From Balanoglossus misakiensis (Eukaryota > Animalia > Hemichordata): DNA of 64,000 nucleotides. Below are positions 12,280 to 25,389 of this stretch, one piece after another; within the stretch, counting starts at the first letter, position 1; each line of letters opens with the position of its first letter. The stretch covers positions 4,991,009-5,055,008 of the forward strand of contig CM082591.2 of the NCBI GenBank assembly GCA_040954595.2, written 5' to 3'. The notes under the pieces are model-generated. The model was not told the origin of the DNA. It did not search any database and saw only the letters and a list, made by a program, of their open reading frames with translations. A program made the translations under genes and the position numbers.

Positions 12280-12592
12280 CCACACACAACATCCATCCCA
12301 TTTGTAGGATATGAGAGTACAACTCTCTCTAAAATGAATAACGGTTAAAGGTATACAGTCACCTCCAATTTACAGAAGCACATAGATAGCTGAAATGGCG
12401 TTCTAAAGAACGTATGGTGGCGCTCTTTTTTCCGCTTGTGCCACCCACTAAAATCCGTGATTGACTAGATCTCGAGTTTACCATGGTGACTGTAGCTAAA
12501 TTTCCATAGGTGACCGTATACCTTTAACAACGATTATTCATTTTGGTGAGTTTTTCACTCTCATGTCTACAAGCGGGATAGAAGGTGCGTGT
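12280..12592. repeat. Palindromic repeat element whose centre is occupied by the Kolobok-like MITE
   Basis: The left arm (ACACACAACATCCATCCCATTTGTAGGATATGAGAGT...AAAATGAATAACG) is the diverged reverse complement of the right arm (CGATTATTCATTTT...ACTCTCATGTCTACAAGCGGGATAGAAGGTGCGTGT). A related copy without the insert lies at ~33318-33447. Confidence 0.65.
12349..12523. mobile_element. Kolobok-like MITE, copy 1 (TTAA TSD, AGG...CCT ends)
   Basis: TTAA|AGGTATACAGTCACCT ... AGGTGACCGTATACCT|TTAA, a near-perfect 16-bp TIR. Three more copies lie in the window. Confidence 0.75.
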
Positions 12593-15047
12593 TGTTGACA
12601 GTTGATTCACTGTATATCCACATGTAGAATCATACATAAACGGTGTCTTGTACACATCACTGTACTGCCGTAGTGTACAGTGATATGTGGTTATCAGCTT
12701 TATTATGCACACATTTGTTGGAAAGAAAACAAATCGCCAATTTAATTGCTATAACAAAGTTTCCTCCGAAAGGTAACGACTTAAATACTGCAAGTGACGA
12801 TCGACATGTCCATAGTAGACAAAAGATTGTCTTATCCAGTTAACGTCACGTCGACTTTGCAGCTATCGGAACTAAACTCTCTCACAAAAGAATGCAGAGA
12901 AGAAATGATAGGAAGAAGGCCTTTAGATGAATAGGCGTACAACCGTTGAGGTAGGAATACCTCTTTTGACGTGCCGTTGGCATCTGGTGTCAACGTCGGT
13001 TTTCATTACGGAACCGCGAATGACTGGCGAGTCCCCAGAGATGCACGGGCGATGTATGCAGGCAGTGGCTGCTTTAGTGTGCGCATCCTGTTGACGGGCG
13101 AGTCGACGCTAATGGATGGCGGCGGGGGAATTCCCGCGAGTTTCATCACATGCGCGCAACTTCTTTTGAGCGCCCAGCTCTGGGGGGACCCGGCAAGCCG
13201 ATGCGATCGCGATTCGTCGAGTATTAAAGCGAGCAGACTCGCAAGACTGTGTGCCTTTCTCTAACAGTTCGCAAGTTTGTGTAACAGATGAACGGAAACG
13301 CGGAGACGAAATTACGCACTCGAAAATAAAGGACACTTCATAACGACATGAATCATAAATGATACAAATTATGACACTGACGTTAACAATAGACACACCT
13401 TACAAGAAAATCGGGGTCGTCTTGATTATTCAAGATACTTCATATTATACAACACTTTGCATGATGTTTTAGATGTTACTTTACTAAAAAAAGATGTCAG
13501 ACACGGATATTGTTGTGGACACGAACATGCAATTGACGAAGTACACGAACAACCGTTGCCTTTTATCAACATCCATTTCCTGCTCATAGTATTTCCTGCC
13601 ATTGGCATTACTTGACCTCTCATAGAAAACAGGTCTTTTTTACGCAATTTTACACACTAGAAAGGTTCACCACTTCTGTAGATACCCACGAACACCACTG
13701 GCGTTAGCAATCTCCAACTGTTACTCATAATACTAGTATGCGCAAAAGAGACAACACGTTTTATAACTCGTATATCTGCAAATCTTCTAGACTATATTTT
13801 GTGAGTTTATGAAACATAAACTTCCAAAACAAGAACAAGTATGCGATTAAAATAGAAGTCAAGATGCTATTAACTGCTGTTGTTCAAGGTTCCATTATAG
13901 CCGAGAGCCGTTTTCAAAAACAAAGGAATTGTACGTCATATACCGAATATATCGAACCCCAAGTAGATCTATACATTGACATTATAGAAACATCTGCCTA
14001 TGATTTGTGTGCATTGACATTACACCATGTAACTGGTTTCAACGCAAGGGTCAGGTGGGTGACATAACAAGTTTGAAGAACTGATTTTTTTCGAACACAC
14101 TGGAAGAGCTACAAAATTCTCAATTGATATATTATCAATTGAACATCAAGAATGTTGAAATATTATTTAAAAGATGCGTAACTAAGGTAACTGTGTAGTT
14201 TTGCCCCACTTTCTTATCTTAAGTTGACGAGTAGCTTTGAGTTTAGTAATTATCCTCGGAAACCTAATTTTCCACGCTTTTCTGTATGTTCTATAAATAA
14301 CTACATTTTTAGAACTTCATCAAATCTTGATTATCTTGTCTGATTCCTTTTTACGATTTCCAATATTATGAAAAGCGCGTGATATTTGGTACCACACACT
14401 TCTGCGATACAGTTGATGTATTACTTTTGAATATAAACACGAATTTCATCCAGTTAAACTCAATAATTTTTGAGTTCGAGTTATCGGCAAACCCTGTTTT
14501 TAACCCTTTTGGTAGATTTTTATTTTGATAGTTTGTCTTTTTAAGTGAATAAAGATTTGGTGGTGGATATGTTATTGCAATTGAAGACCAGCTGAGTCAT
14601 ATATGGCAATACAAGTTATCATGATGCGTGACGAAACCTTTGGAGTCATCCGATCTGCGCAAAGCGAATTCTTAGGTATTTGCATGCCAATCATAATGTG
14701 ATTCTGCGTGTTACATTATGCTGAAGGTGGTTCGAAGTGAAATAATCGACACGTCTTCAACCTCGTGTTTTCCTTTTATGGTAGTATGCGCTACGAAATC
14801 AAAAGGCGTTCGAAAAACTTACAATATAATAAACTTGTAATGGGTTGTGGATTATTAAAGCACGGTTCATTTGTAAGGAAGCTGTATTAGGATTATCGTG
14901 CACAAATGCACATTAAGGCAATACACACCTAAGGAACAGATTTTCAGAAACAGAGATTGGTGGCCATGATCAATTTTGCTCTCTCACTCAAAATCTTCAC
15001 AGTGAAACAGAATTTTTATTCTTAACTATACGAGAGAATACCCTTAA

Positions 15048-15202
15048 AGTTATAGTTACTATGGCGAATTGAGATTTAGCCAATCACATATTTCAGTGGG
15101 CACACGCGAAAAAAGGGGCGCCACCCTTTGTTCTTCAGAACACACAAATATGCCGTTTCAGCCATATATGGGCGTATGCAAATTGGAGGTGACCGTATAT
15201 CT
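15048..15202. mobile_element. Kolobok-like MITE, copy 2 (opposite orientation, diverged)
   Basis: Ends AATTGGAGGTGACCGTATATCT|TTAA. Internal sequence matches the reverse complement of copy 1. Confidence 0.65.
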
Positions 15203-15690
15203 TTAAGATGGCTTGAGAAAAATACTAGAAAAGATAAGCGATATTCTAGGTGCACATTGCCATGTATAGGGGTTGATGCAAACAGTTCAGGAATTCAGGT
15301 TTAGAATATGCAGGCGCATGGTTGCTACACATCGAAGATTCGAGTGGGCACACAGAATTAATTTACTTCACTTCACTGTTGACAGACGTTTGCCACGTCT
15401 TGGCAAATCAGAGGAAACCAATACTTATGTTATGATACCCTTTTAACATCTGTAATCAAAATTCATTGACCTATGCACGCTTGCCTCTCTTGCCGGTATT
15501 TGATTAACCCTCAGCTCTATTTTACTCCCAGGATGACAGTGTACAGTGTGTGTTGCCATCTGTACATTATCTCTGTAATGCCCTTCACACGAGATCTGCC
15601 TGTGAGGGCCTGGGGCACTGTGTCATTTTCAGGCGTTCAATCAAAGTACTGCGCCAGGAACAAGCCGATTATAGAGACATCTATGATTTT

Positions 15691-15877
15691 GACTTGGTTG
15701 TCAACATTGTACATCAATTCTCCCTACTTTAAATAGGTATTGGCTACCTAGGCGAGTGATGAAATCTCATATGGTCGACACAAGACTTGGTTGCCAATGT
15801 TGTACATCAATTCTCCCTACTTTAAATAGGTATTGGCTCCCTAGGTGAGCGATGGAAATCTCGTATGGTCGACACAA
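15691..15877. repeat. Tandem duplication, 2 x ~93 bp
   Basis: GACTTGGTTG...TTGTACATCAATTCTCCCTACTTTAAATAGGTATTGGCT...TATGGTCGACACAA at 15691 and 15784. Confidence 0.9.
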
Positions 15878-16188
15878 TTTCAATATGGCCGATTTTTGCC
15901 ATGTTTGAGGCGTGGAAGTTCAAAGGCTAAACACAGATAAGAGAAATTTTCATAGTCTTTGGAATCGATGGAATTAAGATTGCATGTCGATAATAGGGTA
16001 GGACAATGGTTTCTAGATAAGCAGTGACGGGTTTGACAAGCTGATCCAGTAACGATGTTGCATAAAACTTATTGTGTAATTTAAATGGGGTAAGTATGTT
16101 TTGGAAAACAAGTCGTGCATTCTGCAATGACAAGTAGCTACGTTGTAATACACCCATTAGAGAAGCGGGTGTATCCACCTACTAGAAT

Positions 16189-16273
16189 TGACGTCAAGCT
16201 ATTTTACAAGCTTTCTCAGACTGGCGAAAAGCGTGAACGTAGGATGACGTCATAGTGTATTCTATTGACGTCA
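16189..16273. promoter_or_regulatory. Cluster of three perfect CRE palindromes (candidate cAMP-responsive enhancer)
   Basis: TGACGTCA at 16189, 16245 and 16266. Confidence 0.45.
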
Positions 16274-18167
16274 TGGTTGTATGAAAGCTTGACCACAAGT
16301 GACTGTGGACAGGCGGGAAGAATACTGCCAATGTGTGACTCATCTATCATGGGCAATTAGGCAACGTACATGTAGAGTATCAGTTATTGTGATATTCTCG
16401 TTGTATGGTTTGGAACACCAATATACCATCTAGCACTCAATGTGCCTGAAATCAATTGAAGTGGATAGATGAACAAAAAATGATTCTCCTTCACACCTTT
16501 CAATTATTTTGTAACATTCAATCCCGGGATGAAGCATTTTTGAAACCAAAAAAAAAAAAACAGGATCTTCGCCATCTTGTTTTTTTAATGAAAACCAATT
16601 TAAATTTTCTGCATAGACTTACACAGAGACTGGCGGCCATTTTAATTTGAAAATCAACAAATTTGGCTCTCTCGTTCAACATTTTTCTCTGTGACCCCCG
16701 ATTTTTATTATCGATTTAAAGAGAGACTCTCCTGGAGTTGTCTCGAGCAAAATATAATATGAAAGACTTTGATTTTTGAGGCGCATTCTACCTTAAAGTG
16801 CGCGCGTTCAGTTGGTAGTTGGTTTGTGTGACGTTTCTGGAACGAAACATCACGATGGACTGAACTGTGGGCGTATGCAAATCTACTGCCATAGCTACCG
16901 GATCCCAGAGGATCTTGATTCACGAAAAACCCGCGGTTGAGAGGTTTCGTACTCCGAAAAATATTTTTTTTCCTGAAAACTCTAAAGTGACATTGGACTT
17001 ATATGACTTCCTTGATTTCCACCCCCAACACTGGCCACCAACAGAGCTAAGGATGGCTAGCTTTTTATATGTTATTATTTTTTAAGACCTCACCTGAATT
17101 CCTAAATCCATTCATTTTGCGGTTGGATGTACAATTGGTAAAGTGAAAGTATGATTTCAAACATAAAATAGTTCAGTCACATACTTGGCAGGGAACCACA
17201 CTCTCTGAAAGAAAGAGTCCGAAGCCTACCAGGAAATTTAACCTCGAACTGCAAAGAGATTTGAATACAACTGATGAGGACTATCACTATACTACAAGGC
17301 AATGGGAGAGCCAGTTGGCAGATGGGAAGGTTATCCAAGTGGACGTTGGACAAGAGAACGACCCAGGGAGACAGCATGAGGTGACCACATCTGGGATGGA
17401 ACTTGTCATTGAACTACGGAGACACTTTTACTATTCGACAGACGAGAACTGCCTGTAGTGGGCGATGTCACACGGCGACAGATATCATTGTGATTCAAGA
17501 GGGCGGCCTCAGGAGAAATAAAAGTATGGCGACCATATTACGGAGGCTTAAATCGGAGTGAGAGGAATTACTCGACTGTTAATTACGCGTTGTTTTGATC
17601 AAAACTGAATAAAGTGATGCAAATGACATCGCCTTGGCTTCCCGTGAATACTGTCCACTGTGGAGATGCTCATGGGTGGCATCACACATACTGTCGCCAT
17701 CCTCGGGGGGAGGGGGAACTCACAATTATTTGTTAAGCACTTCTACTACAGTGTATACCATTCTCTACAAACTACGCCTGGTCTAGTGTTTTTAAGCAAC
17801 TGTTTACCTATTACTCATGCACGTGGTGTGGCACGTTCAGAATGTTTACCATGCATTCACACTTAACTTCTCGGGAGAGGTTTCAAGGCGACTAAAGTCT
17901 CACCGTCACCTCGTCGTCTCTCTACAACGGATCTTCAATGACAATTTGCACAACATGTCTAGTACACTTTTCAAAATGTCGATGACAATGAAACTTAATC
18001 ATATCAAACAAACACGAGATTATTACCTAAACCCACTTAAACGGTCTACTCAATAAAGTCAGATGTATGAGTACAACACATCTATACAAACACAATCTGC
18101 TTCATTGGCTAAGGTCATTAATCTGCTTAATTATATCGAAACGTATGCTTCTGTCAGTGTATATCAG

Positions 18168-18271
18168 TGTATGTATGTATGTATGTATGTATGTATGTAT
18201 GTATGTATGTATGTATGTATGTATGTATGTATGTATGTATGTATGTATGTATGTATGTATGTATGTATGTA

Positions 18272-18336
<65 letters not shown>

Positions 18337-18373
18337 ACGTATGTATGTATGTATGTATGTATGTATGTATGTA
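18168..18373. repeat. (TATG)n microsatellite with (TG)n interruptions
   Basis: Direct inspection. Source of the MYVC/HTYI ORFs. Confidence 0.97.
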
Positions 18374-18828
18374 CATGTGCGTACATGCCATGCGTGGGTT
18401 GGTTGGTTGGTTAGTTGAATGGATGGGTGGATGGTTGTACTATCTTCCCTTTCTATCTTTTTTTACAGGAAATCTCTCAGGATTTTAAATATATATATCG
18501 TCACCAAAATGTTTTATTGAAAACTTTCTTCGATTGCCATAAATAATCAATTTGTGCATCTCCCTATAGCATAAAATTCTCTTATCGATGCCAACACCGT
18601 TCAATTCTACTCTCAATGTTCAACGACGACTTTTCACCCATAAAGAAAACCGATCACTCGAACGCGATCACGCCGACAAGCACGTGCAATTCTTGAAGAA
18701 TTCGTTTTTTTTGCCTTTCCAATCTATGTTGAATACATATTAATACGTGGCAGAGCTTTAACAATCGTCCGAGTACTCCAAGTATTCGCTTGTCAGTTTG
18801 AAATAAAGGGACGTGCGCAAAGAGACAC

Positions 18829-19112
18829 TGATTGGTTGATTTTGAATGTGGGCGGGATTTAGTGGATGAATGGACACTTTCTAATGCCTTAATGAATGCA
18901 CTGTAGGTGGAGGCCATTGTCTTGGATATGTATAAAACTATCTGGTGTAAGAGAGATTGCCAGTATTATTTCTTCCCGTTCTCACACCGCTGTTGCGCCG
19001 CCGAGGTCTTTCAAGATACCGTGTCCGCAAAAACCGCCGCACACCTCAAGATCGAAGACTAAAAGAAAAGCTTGCTAGCGTAGTAATTCACGCATCAAAA
19101 AGAACGGTAAGG
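18829..19112 (+). promoter_or_regulatory. Pol II core promoter with non-coding first exon (~18962-19106)
   Basis: Inverted CCAAT (ATTGG ~18831), GC box GGGCGGG ~18850, TATAAAA at 18931, CAGT Inr with A at 18962 (TATA at -31), ATG-free exon, donor ACG|GTAAGG at 19107, strong acceptor tttcctgtccctgcag ending at 19256. Confidence 0.55.
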
Positions 19113-19288
19113 CACATTTATGACTTCTATTCTAGATGGCCCTCTATTTCTCCATCTGTCTTTCTTGAAAGTAGCAGGTTATCCTACAACTGTCTCATAC
19201 AGACACTTTCCTGTTTGTCAAAGCTATGCCGTAAATTATATTTCCTGTCCCTGCAGTCGCCACAAACGTTTACAAGCGGTGGCGAAAT

Positions 19289-20088
19289 ATGCCACATAAA
19301 AAAAAAGAAAGCCCGCCGATGCAGCAATAAGCGTCTCCAGGTCCAGGAAACGGGTTTTCGCACGCCACATGAGCCCCCTCTTTGGATGCAACCATTCCCT
19401 CCCTTGTTCGCCGCCTCGACTCTTTCCGATGATTTCCTCTAGCGGGGAGATGAGGGGGGGGGGGGGGGGCTCTTACAATCACGGCGATTCACAAACGAGT
19501 GAATAGCAGTTGAGTCCCAAGCGCATCATCTTGTATTTGACTTGATTATTTGGGAAGCCGGTTCATTACTCGGCTATTGACGAGAGCATATTTACCCAAC
19601 AATGGGCGGCAGATGTTGGCTTGTTGACTGCAGCCGCTCGTTTTGTGGAGTGCGCATTGTTGGCGCGCTTACACCACACGGACAAGACGTGCGTTATCTC
19701 GATAACATCTGAGGGACGGCATCACAAGTGGCTACATAAGAGCGTGCGGGAGTGGTTGCCGTCGTTGTTTCCTTTAGTGAAAACTGCAGTTACCCAGCTG
19801 TTGCGCCGGACGATACAGCGCGCAGCCAACTTTAAAGGTTTTTTTTTTCAATTTTTGAGTACTCTCCACTGCTGCCTTACTTCACGACTCTTTTCGCTTC
19901 CGATTAATCCGCTAATTGACGGATGGCACTCACTTCGCAATTGTGATGCGACTCCGCAAGATTCTCGGCAATTTCCAACACCCTACCTCATTGTTTGCAC
20001 GCACAGCCAAAAAGTCAATTTGAAGTTATTAGGCTATACCACTCACGAAATTATTAACCCTAAGACTCACAAAACCGTTAACATTTAA
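19289..20088 (+). pseudogene. Decayed coding-like region downstream of the 18.9 kb promoter, product unidentified
   Basis: With single-base slips in the poly-A and poly-G runs it reads MPHKKKKARRCSNKR... and runs into the long open frame ending at 20088, with a few in-frame stops. No family recognised. Confidence 0.3.
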
Positions 20089-20240
20089 CTTTGAAAACAA
20101 TAGTGTACAACTACACATTAAAAACTAAGAAACGGTCCTCCCGCTCACGAATTTATTAACCCTAAGACTTAAAACCGTTAAAACATAAGCTTGAAAACGA
20201 TAGTGTACAACTACACGTTAGAAACTAAGAAACGGTCCTC
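20041..20240. repeat. Tandem duplication, 2 x ~100 bp
   Basis: CTCACGAA.TTATTAACCCTAAGACT...TAGTGTACAACTACAC...AAACTAAGAAACGGTCCTC occurs twice. Confidence 0.9.
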
Positions 20241-21092
20241 ATAGAGTACCGTCATTACAGTGTCACATGTACGCATGTAAAACCTGTATTAGCTCGTAAC
20301 AGTGTAACATCACATCACGATATGGGGTGATCATATTATATATAGTTGTATATCTCTGACGTGATTGATTTTAACCAGGCCAAACAATAAACTCACTCCA
20401 GCATAGATCATGTCACTCATAAAGATTCTCAATAGATACGCTATCTATTCTCAAACCAAGTAAATTGCTTCCAAATGTGTTGTTGCAATGGCCTTTCTTC
20501 AGTAACATTAGGGCTTCGGCCCAGCATGCGTAATATTGATATATGACAGTACAAATAATGACATGAAAACACAAAATATACACTCCGTTTCAAAATTACA
20601 TATCATTTAACTCTTCTTCTCAGCCTCATAGCACGAAGTACACATGCGGCTTAACGTTGACGAATGTTTGCATCGCCTGCGGTCATATAATCGAATGAAG
20701 TACATTCTGATGGCTTAAGATACTTTACAGATATGTTTCTCATTTTTTTGTCTATCAAAGGAGAACAAATCAAATCAAATCAAAATGAAATGGCACAGAT
20801 ACCACATATTTAACTAATCTTTCCTCTGCATCAATTACATTTTTTTGATCCGCCTCAATACGTAGATAATGCAAAGAACGACGTGACCGAAGCTTAGCAA
20901 GTGTGCGAATATGTATGCATTGATTTTAACTACGAAATAAAATCGATAAAAGTTACCAGGCATTATCATCGTCCCATTAAAGACAAAAAGCGGACAATTA
21001 TAGAGTGTGGCCAAAAACAGACTAGTGGTGGAGAATCCAAGAGTACATAAAATCCAAACCTGACATTGTTACTTTGTTCAATTAGGCTTCAA

Positions 21093-21265
21093 AGGTATAC
21101 GGTCGTCCATGGTAATTGAATCACCATTACCGCGGAAAATTCAAATTCACCAATGACAGATTTTCAGTGGGTGGTATCCTCGCAGAAAGGTGCGTCACCA
21201 CAGACTTAGACACGTCCTTTTGACCATATACAGGCATATGGGAATTAAGGGATGATCGTACAGCT
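21093..21265. mobile_element. Kolobok-like MITE, copy 3 (diverged)
   Basis: AAAGGTATACGGTC ... GATCGTACAGCTTTAA. Internal similarity to copy 2 (ATTTTCAGTGGG, GCGTCACC). Confidence 0.55.
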
Positions 21266-23415
21266 TTAATTACTATAGTAGAATATTATTTCACATAATG
21301 TTTCTACGTGTGGAGTTGGGGGGGGGGGTAGGGCTGAACATGATGTACTCTGGAGGAACTCTCAAGCGAGATTAGAGTTGTACTCAGAGCCCGTCTTAAA
21401 TAGCTACAGAAATTCGCCGTCCGGCGCAAAGTGGTCCGAACGCGCTATCTTAAAATCAACAAATCTTGTTACTTTTATATATTAAGTCGATCGAATACAT
21501 CCAATCTTTCTTATCCTGCTTTGGATGGAGACATCAACGGAAATAGTTATATGGAATTCGCGTTCGATGGGAACCGTAGACGATTCCTATATCCAATTGC
21601 TATCATTTCCCGACCGACGTAATCTGCGGCGCCACAGCTGACATTGAAGTACTTTTAGCAACCTCTACAAACGTCGACATGTTAACCCAGTGTTCTATGT
21701 TTCATCTGTGAGCGCTACATATATATTCCTTAAATATGCCAGTACTGTATAACGTGATACTAAACATGTATGTACCCCTCAAGGTGTCAATACAGACTTT
21801 AAGTATCGTAGGCGCAATTTATCAAATGGATGAACTTGATAACTATGTCAATAGAAACCAAAGGTCCTACCACAGCTAATGCGAGAGAAATGGATTGGAA
21901 ATTATCCCGTTTATGTATTTGTTAACTAATACTTCCATATATAGAAAGTTGGTGTAATTACCAATAAATGGTTTTCTTAGTAATTGCGTTAAAAAGTAAA
22001 AATCACCACATTAAATGCGAATCAATTCAGCTAACTGGGAAACATTTCCCTTTACTGCTACTAAATAGCTTAGTTGAACGATTTCCGTGAGTTATAACCC
22101 TTAGCACGGCGCCAAACTTCCGACGTGTTTAACCATTCCAACCGAGTCTGTTTCGTTACTAGATACAAACCAATGATTCTTCTCAAGGGAAAAGTAATCT
22201 CGCTCTCTTTTACAAGTGTTATCTGTTTTCGATTTATCAGAACTTTCACGTGTTGTTAAACCAAAACGTGGTTTCATGAACGACATGGATTCCGTCGCTC
22301 ATAAAACTAAAGGAAAACAGATTTCGAAAAACCACGTTACTATAAACTTCAAATAATCCTATCTTCCCTTTGATGAAGCTATAAACCTGAAGTGGGATTG
22401 TCTCCCAGGTTACTCTGCGCTAGTCCGCAAATCGATGTTACCACATTAGATCAAGACGTGACAGAATTTATGGGAATGTAATGAAAAATTCACCAACGCT
22501 GGAATCAATACCTCACGGATCACTACTGAGCGACGGAAATCTTAAAGTGTAATCAAAATTCCTCCTTATCACTGAGTGGGCTTGTATACTGAGTATACGA
22601 GGACTGTTTATCTTATATTAACAAGTAATGTGAAACCGGTTAATATACGGCAAACACCCAAATGTACTGTATTATGACATGGTACTCATAAGATTGCACC
22701 TCGCGCCATTTCATCCGAGCCATCTATCTCTGCCTGTGTGTATATTTATAAACTGGCGTTATCACAAGCGTCCGCGTCTTTCGACGCGCACCCTTCGGCA
22801 GCGGGGTGTCGCGTTCCCATGCATCTGTTCATAAGCACATGGCTTCTTTCCCGCCAAAACTTGTATAAGCACGAGCAGTGTGTAAATCAAGCGGTTAACT
22901 TTGTCAATAGGAGGAACTAGTGGCAATCCTTTTGTTGAATTGCGTTAAGCGTGCGGTTGACTGTTTTATAGGCAGCCTGATAAATGCGGTTACACGTGAC
23001 CCGCGTGAGAAACACGAAGATCAAATGTGTAGTGGCCCGTGAATGTGTGCTCGTAATTTTACACATAGCTATTAGAATTACACGTCAATTTACACCACTC
23101 AACACGAGCTGGCATTCTCACGTGTTGGTGTCGTCTGGAGCCATACGGCGTTCGCAACGCGAACTTACACTGCTATAACTATAACTTTGGCTGTACATGT
23201 TCCGTTCAGACTAAAATAAGGGTAACTCGTAATATATCTGAATAGTCATCCGGTGCGCTAACAAATACCGTTTTCATATTTCCGCGAATTGTATTAGAAA
23301 CCTGCGTGCAAATACAGGAGCTACCAAGTCGATAACAAAATCTTTCAGCTTCAACTACAATCCAGTAAGAAAATCGAAAGTCGCCAATGCATCAAATTTT
23401 CCTTATTCACTGAAG

Positions 23416-23489
23416 CCATTCACCGCCAGTTCCCTCTATGGATGTTCAACTGTACAGTGGGTTTGGACAAAACCATGGTGGTGAAAGGG
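23416..23489. mobile_element. Short piggyBac-type MITE remnant related to 53609-53696
   Basis: CCATTCACCGCCA ... AAACCATGGTGGTGAAAGGG, shared with the 53.6 kb copy. Confidence 0.4.
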
Positions 23490-25389
23490 ATAAAGAAAAC
23501 GCTAAATTCTCATCTGCATGTGCTTGTAGACTATTGTGTTTGGCACACAGATTACAAATAGTGAAACATCATAATTTGGCGAACAAAAATCACATGGAGA
23601 GATTATCTCCACCGTCATGTGCACCGCACTGGCAGCTGGTCTTCTGTTAACGGCGATGTTTCTTATCGTCGCTGTCATTGCATGCAGATGGGGCATTCAC
23701 GGTGTCTTTGGCTTGAAATCCACTGGTGCCAATAAAAGTGGGGGGGGGGGGGGTGCTTTATAAATGTTTACACGCTTCTTTCATATTTTTATAGTGATAT
23801 ATACAATATGGAACCAAGGAACATCTCTTAATGATGTGGGTTACTAGTCTAAAGAGCTACATTTCAAATTATAATTATTTTACCTATCTGGAGCCGTTTA
23901 TTTAATAAGTGTGAAATTCAAAGATTAACGTTTCATGGCTGCATACATGTATGTCACAGAAGCCCGAACTGTAAGTTGCGTATTTTAATCTTAGCACGTT
24001 TGAAATCAATCAACCGTATTTTATGAAATTACTCAAACTCGTTTACAAAATTAGCGGCTGTACAAAATAGAATTATTGTTAAGCTTACGGAAATCACTCC
24101 CTGTAGAACGCACCAATTAAGTCGGCCCAAAGCAAAGAAGCAGCGTAGCCACATTTTACAATTTTAAATTTCATTTTGCTTGAATACTAGGAACGCGTTT
24201 GAGCCCCAAATCCCCTCACACACACAACGTTTTGCTATTTATACAATGCCCCCAAGAAAAGGAAAACGGAAATTCCCAAACGCCTTTCTCAAGAGACAGA
24301 GAAGAACGCTCGCTCGTTTGAACGAGACCCTACTTGCATGTCAATTAACTTGACATCCTGTTTATTCTGACAGCTAAGGGAAGAACCATTTGATTTCTGC
24401 GGGGGGGGGGGGGGTGGAGGATATTTAAAACAATGTTGGCAGATAGTTCTTCGGAGAACATACCTCTGCAATTCCTTGAGAAACAAAGTAGGACTGGCAA
24501 TAGAAAATGCTGTAACAGCGGCAGAAAAAAATCTGACATACTCAAATTCTCCACCTCAAGTAATTAAATTGTTCTCCCCTTAAAACAGAAAGATTACTCA
24601 CAATCGATTTGTCAAAGTTGCTCGATTAAAAAAAAAGGAGAAAACGTGTCCGCGGTTTTCTCATTCTAAAATTACACCGCTTAGTAGTGTAGCTTATCTG
24701 GAGTTTTGTCACTAGAGAGAGACTATCAGAAAAACTGATCCCAGCGTTAATCTGTGGATTTTTCTCTTCTCCCAACAAATGCCGGATTAAGATAAACACC
24801 GAGTATCTTTGAGCTGATAGCCGAGCAAAATCAATGCCAAGGCGAGCAACGAATTAACAAGCAACCGAGACCCTGCCACACATATAAAAATGGCTGCCAG
24901 TTTGGCGACAAGTGGGCTGGTTGTCTTTCTCGTGGGCGCATCCATGGTGTTTAATATTCAACACAAAGGCGCTTCCGTGATCCTGTCTTGATCTTGCAGA
25001 AACAAACTAGAAGCAATGTTAGCGTGAACTTGTTTGATAAAGTAACCTCAATTTTACCAGTAGCTTCTCAAGGCTGTAGGCAACTTGACAAAAAACTCTT
25101 GCGAATTCAACTGGGTCTATTCGTCATGTATTTCAATGTATTCCTTTGTAATCAGACACGATAATAATGGATGCATAGCTTTAAAACTGACCAAATTGTA
25201 TATATACTTAAATTACAAACAAATGCCAACGTTTATGACTGAATAAATTGGTTTGTCGATTTTTGAGGGAAGCAGAATGCAAACTACTAATTCCCTTTCT
25301 CGTTTCCAAAAGACGCCTCTAAAACTCTGCAAAGAGAGCGTGTTTACGGGGATCAATAGACTGGTTTCGAAGGAATGTCAATGTATACT

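Noticed and set aside
17170-17515. Possible LINE (RTE-like) C-terminal fragment
   Set aside because: Only a vague resemblance (RDL...WESQLAD), with no RT or endonuclease motifs.
18063-18488. MYVC/HTYI repeat proteins (also 33930-34496)
   Set aside because: Translations of (TATG)n microsatellites.
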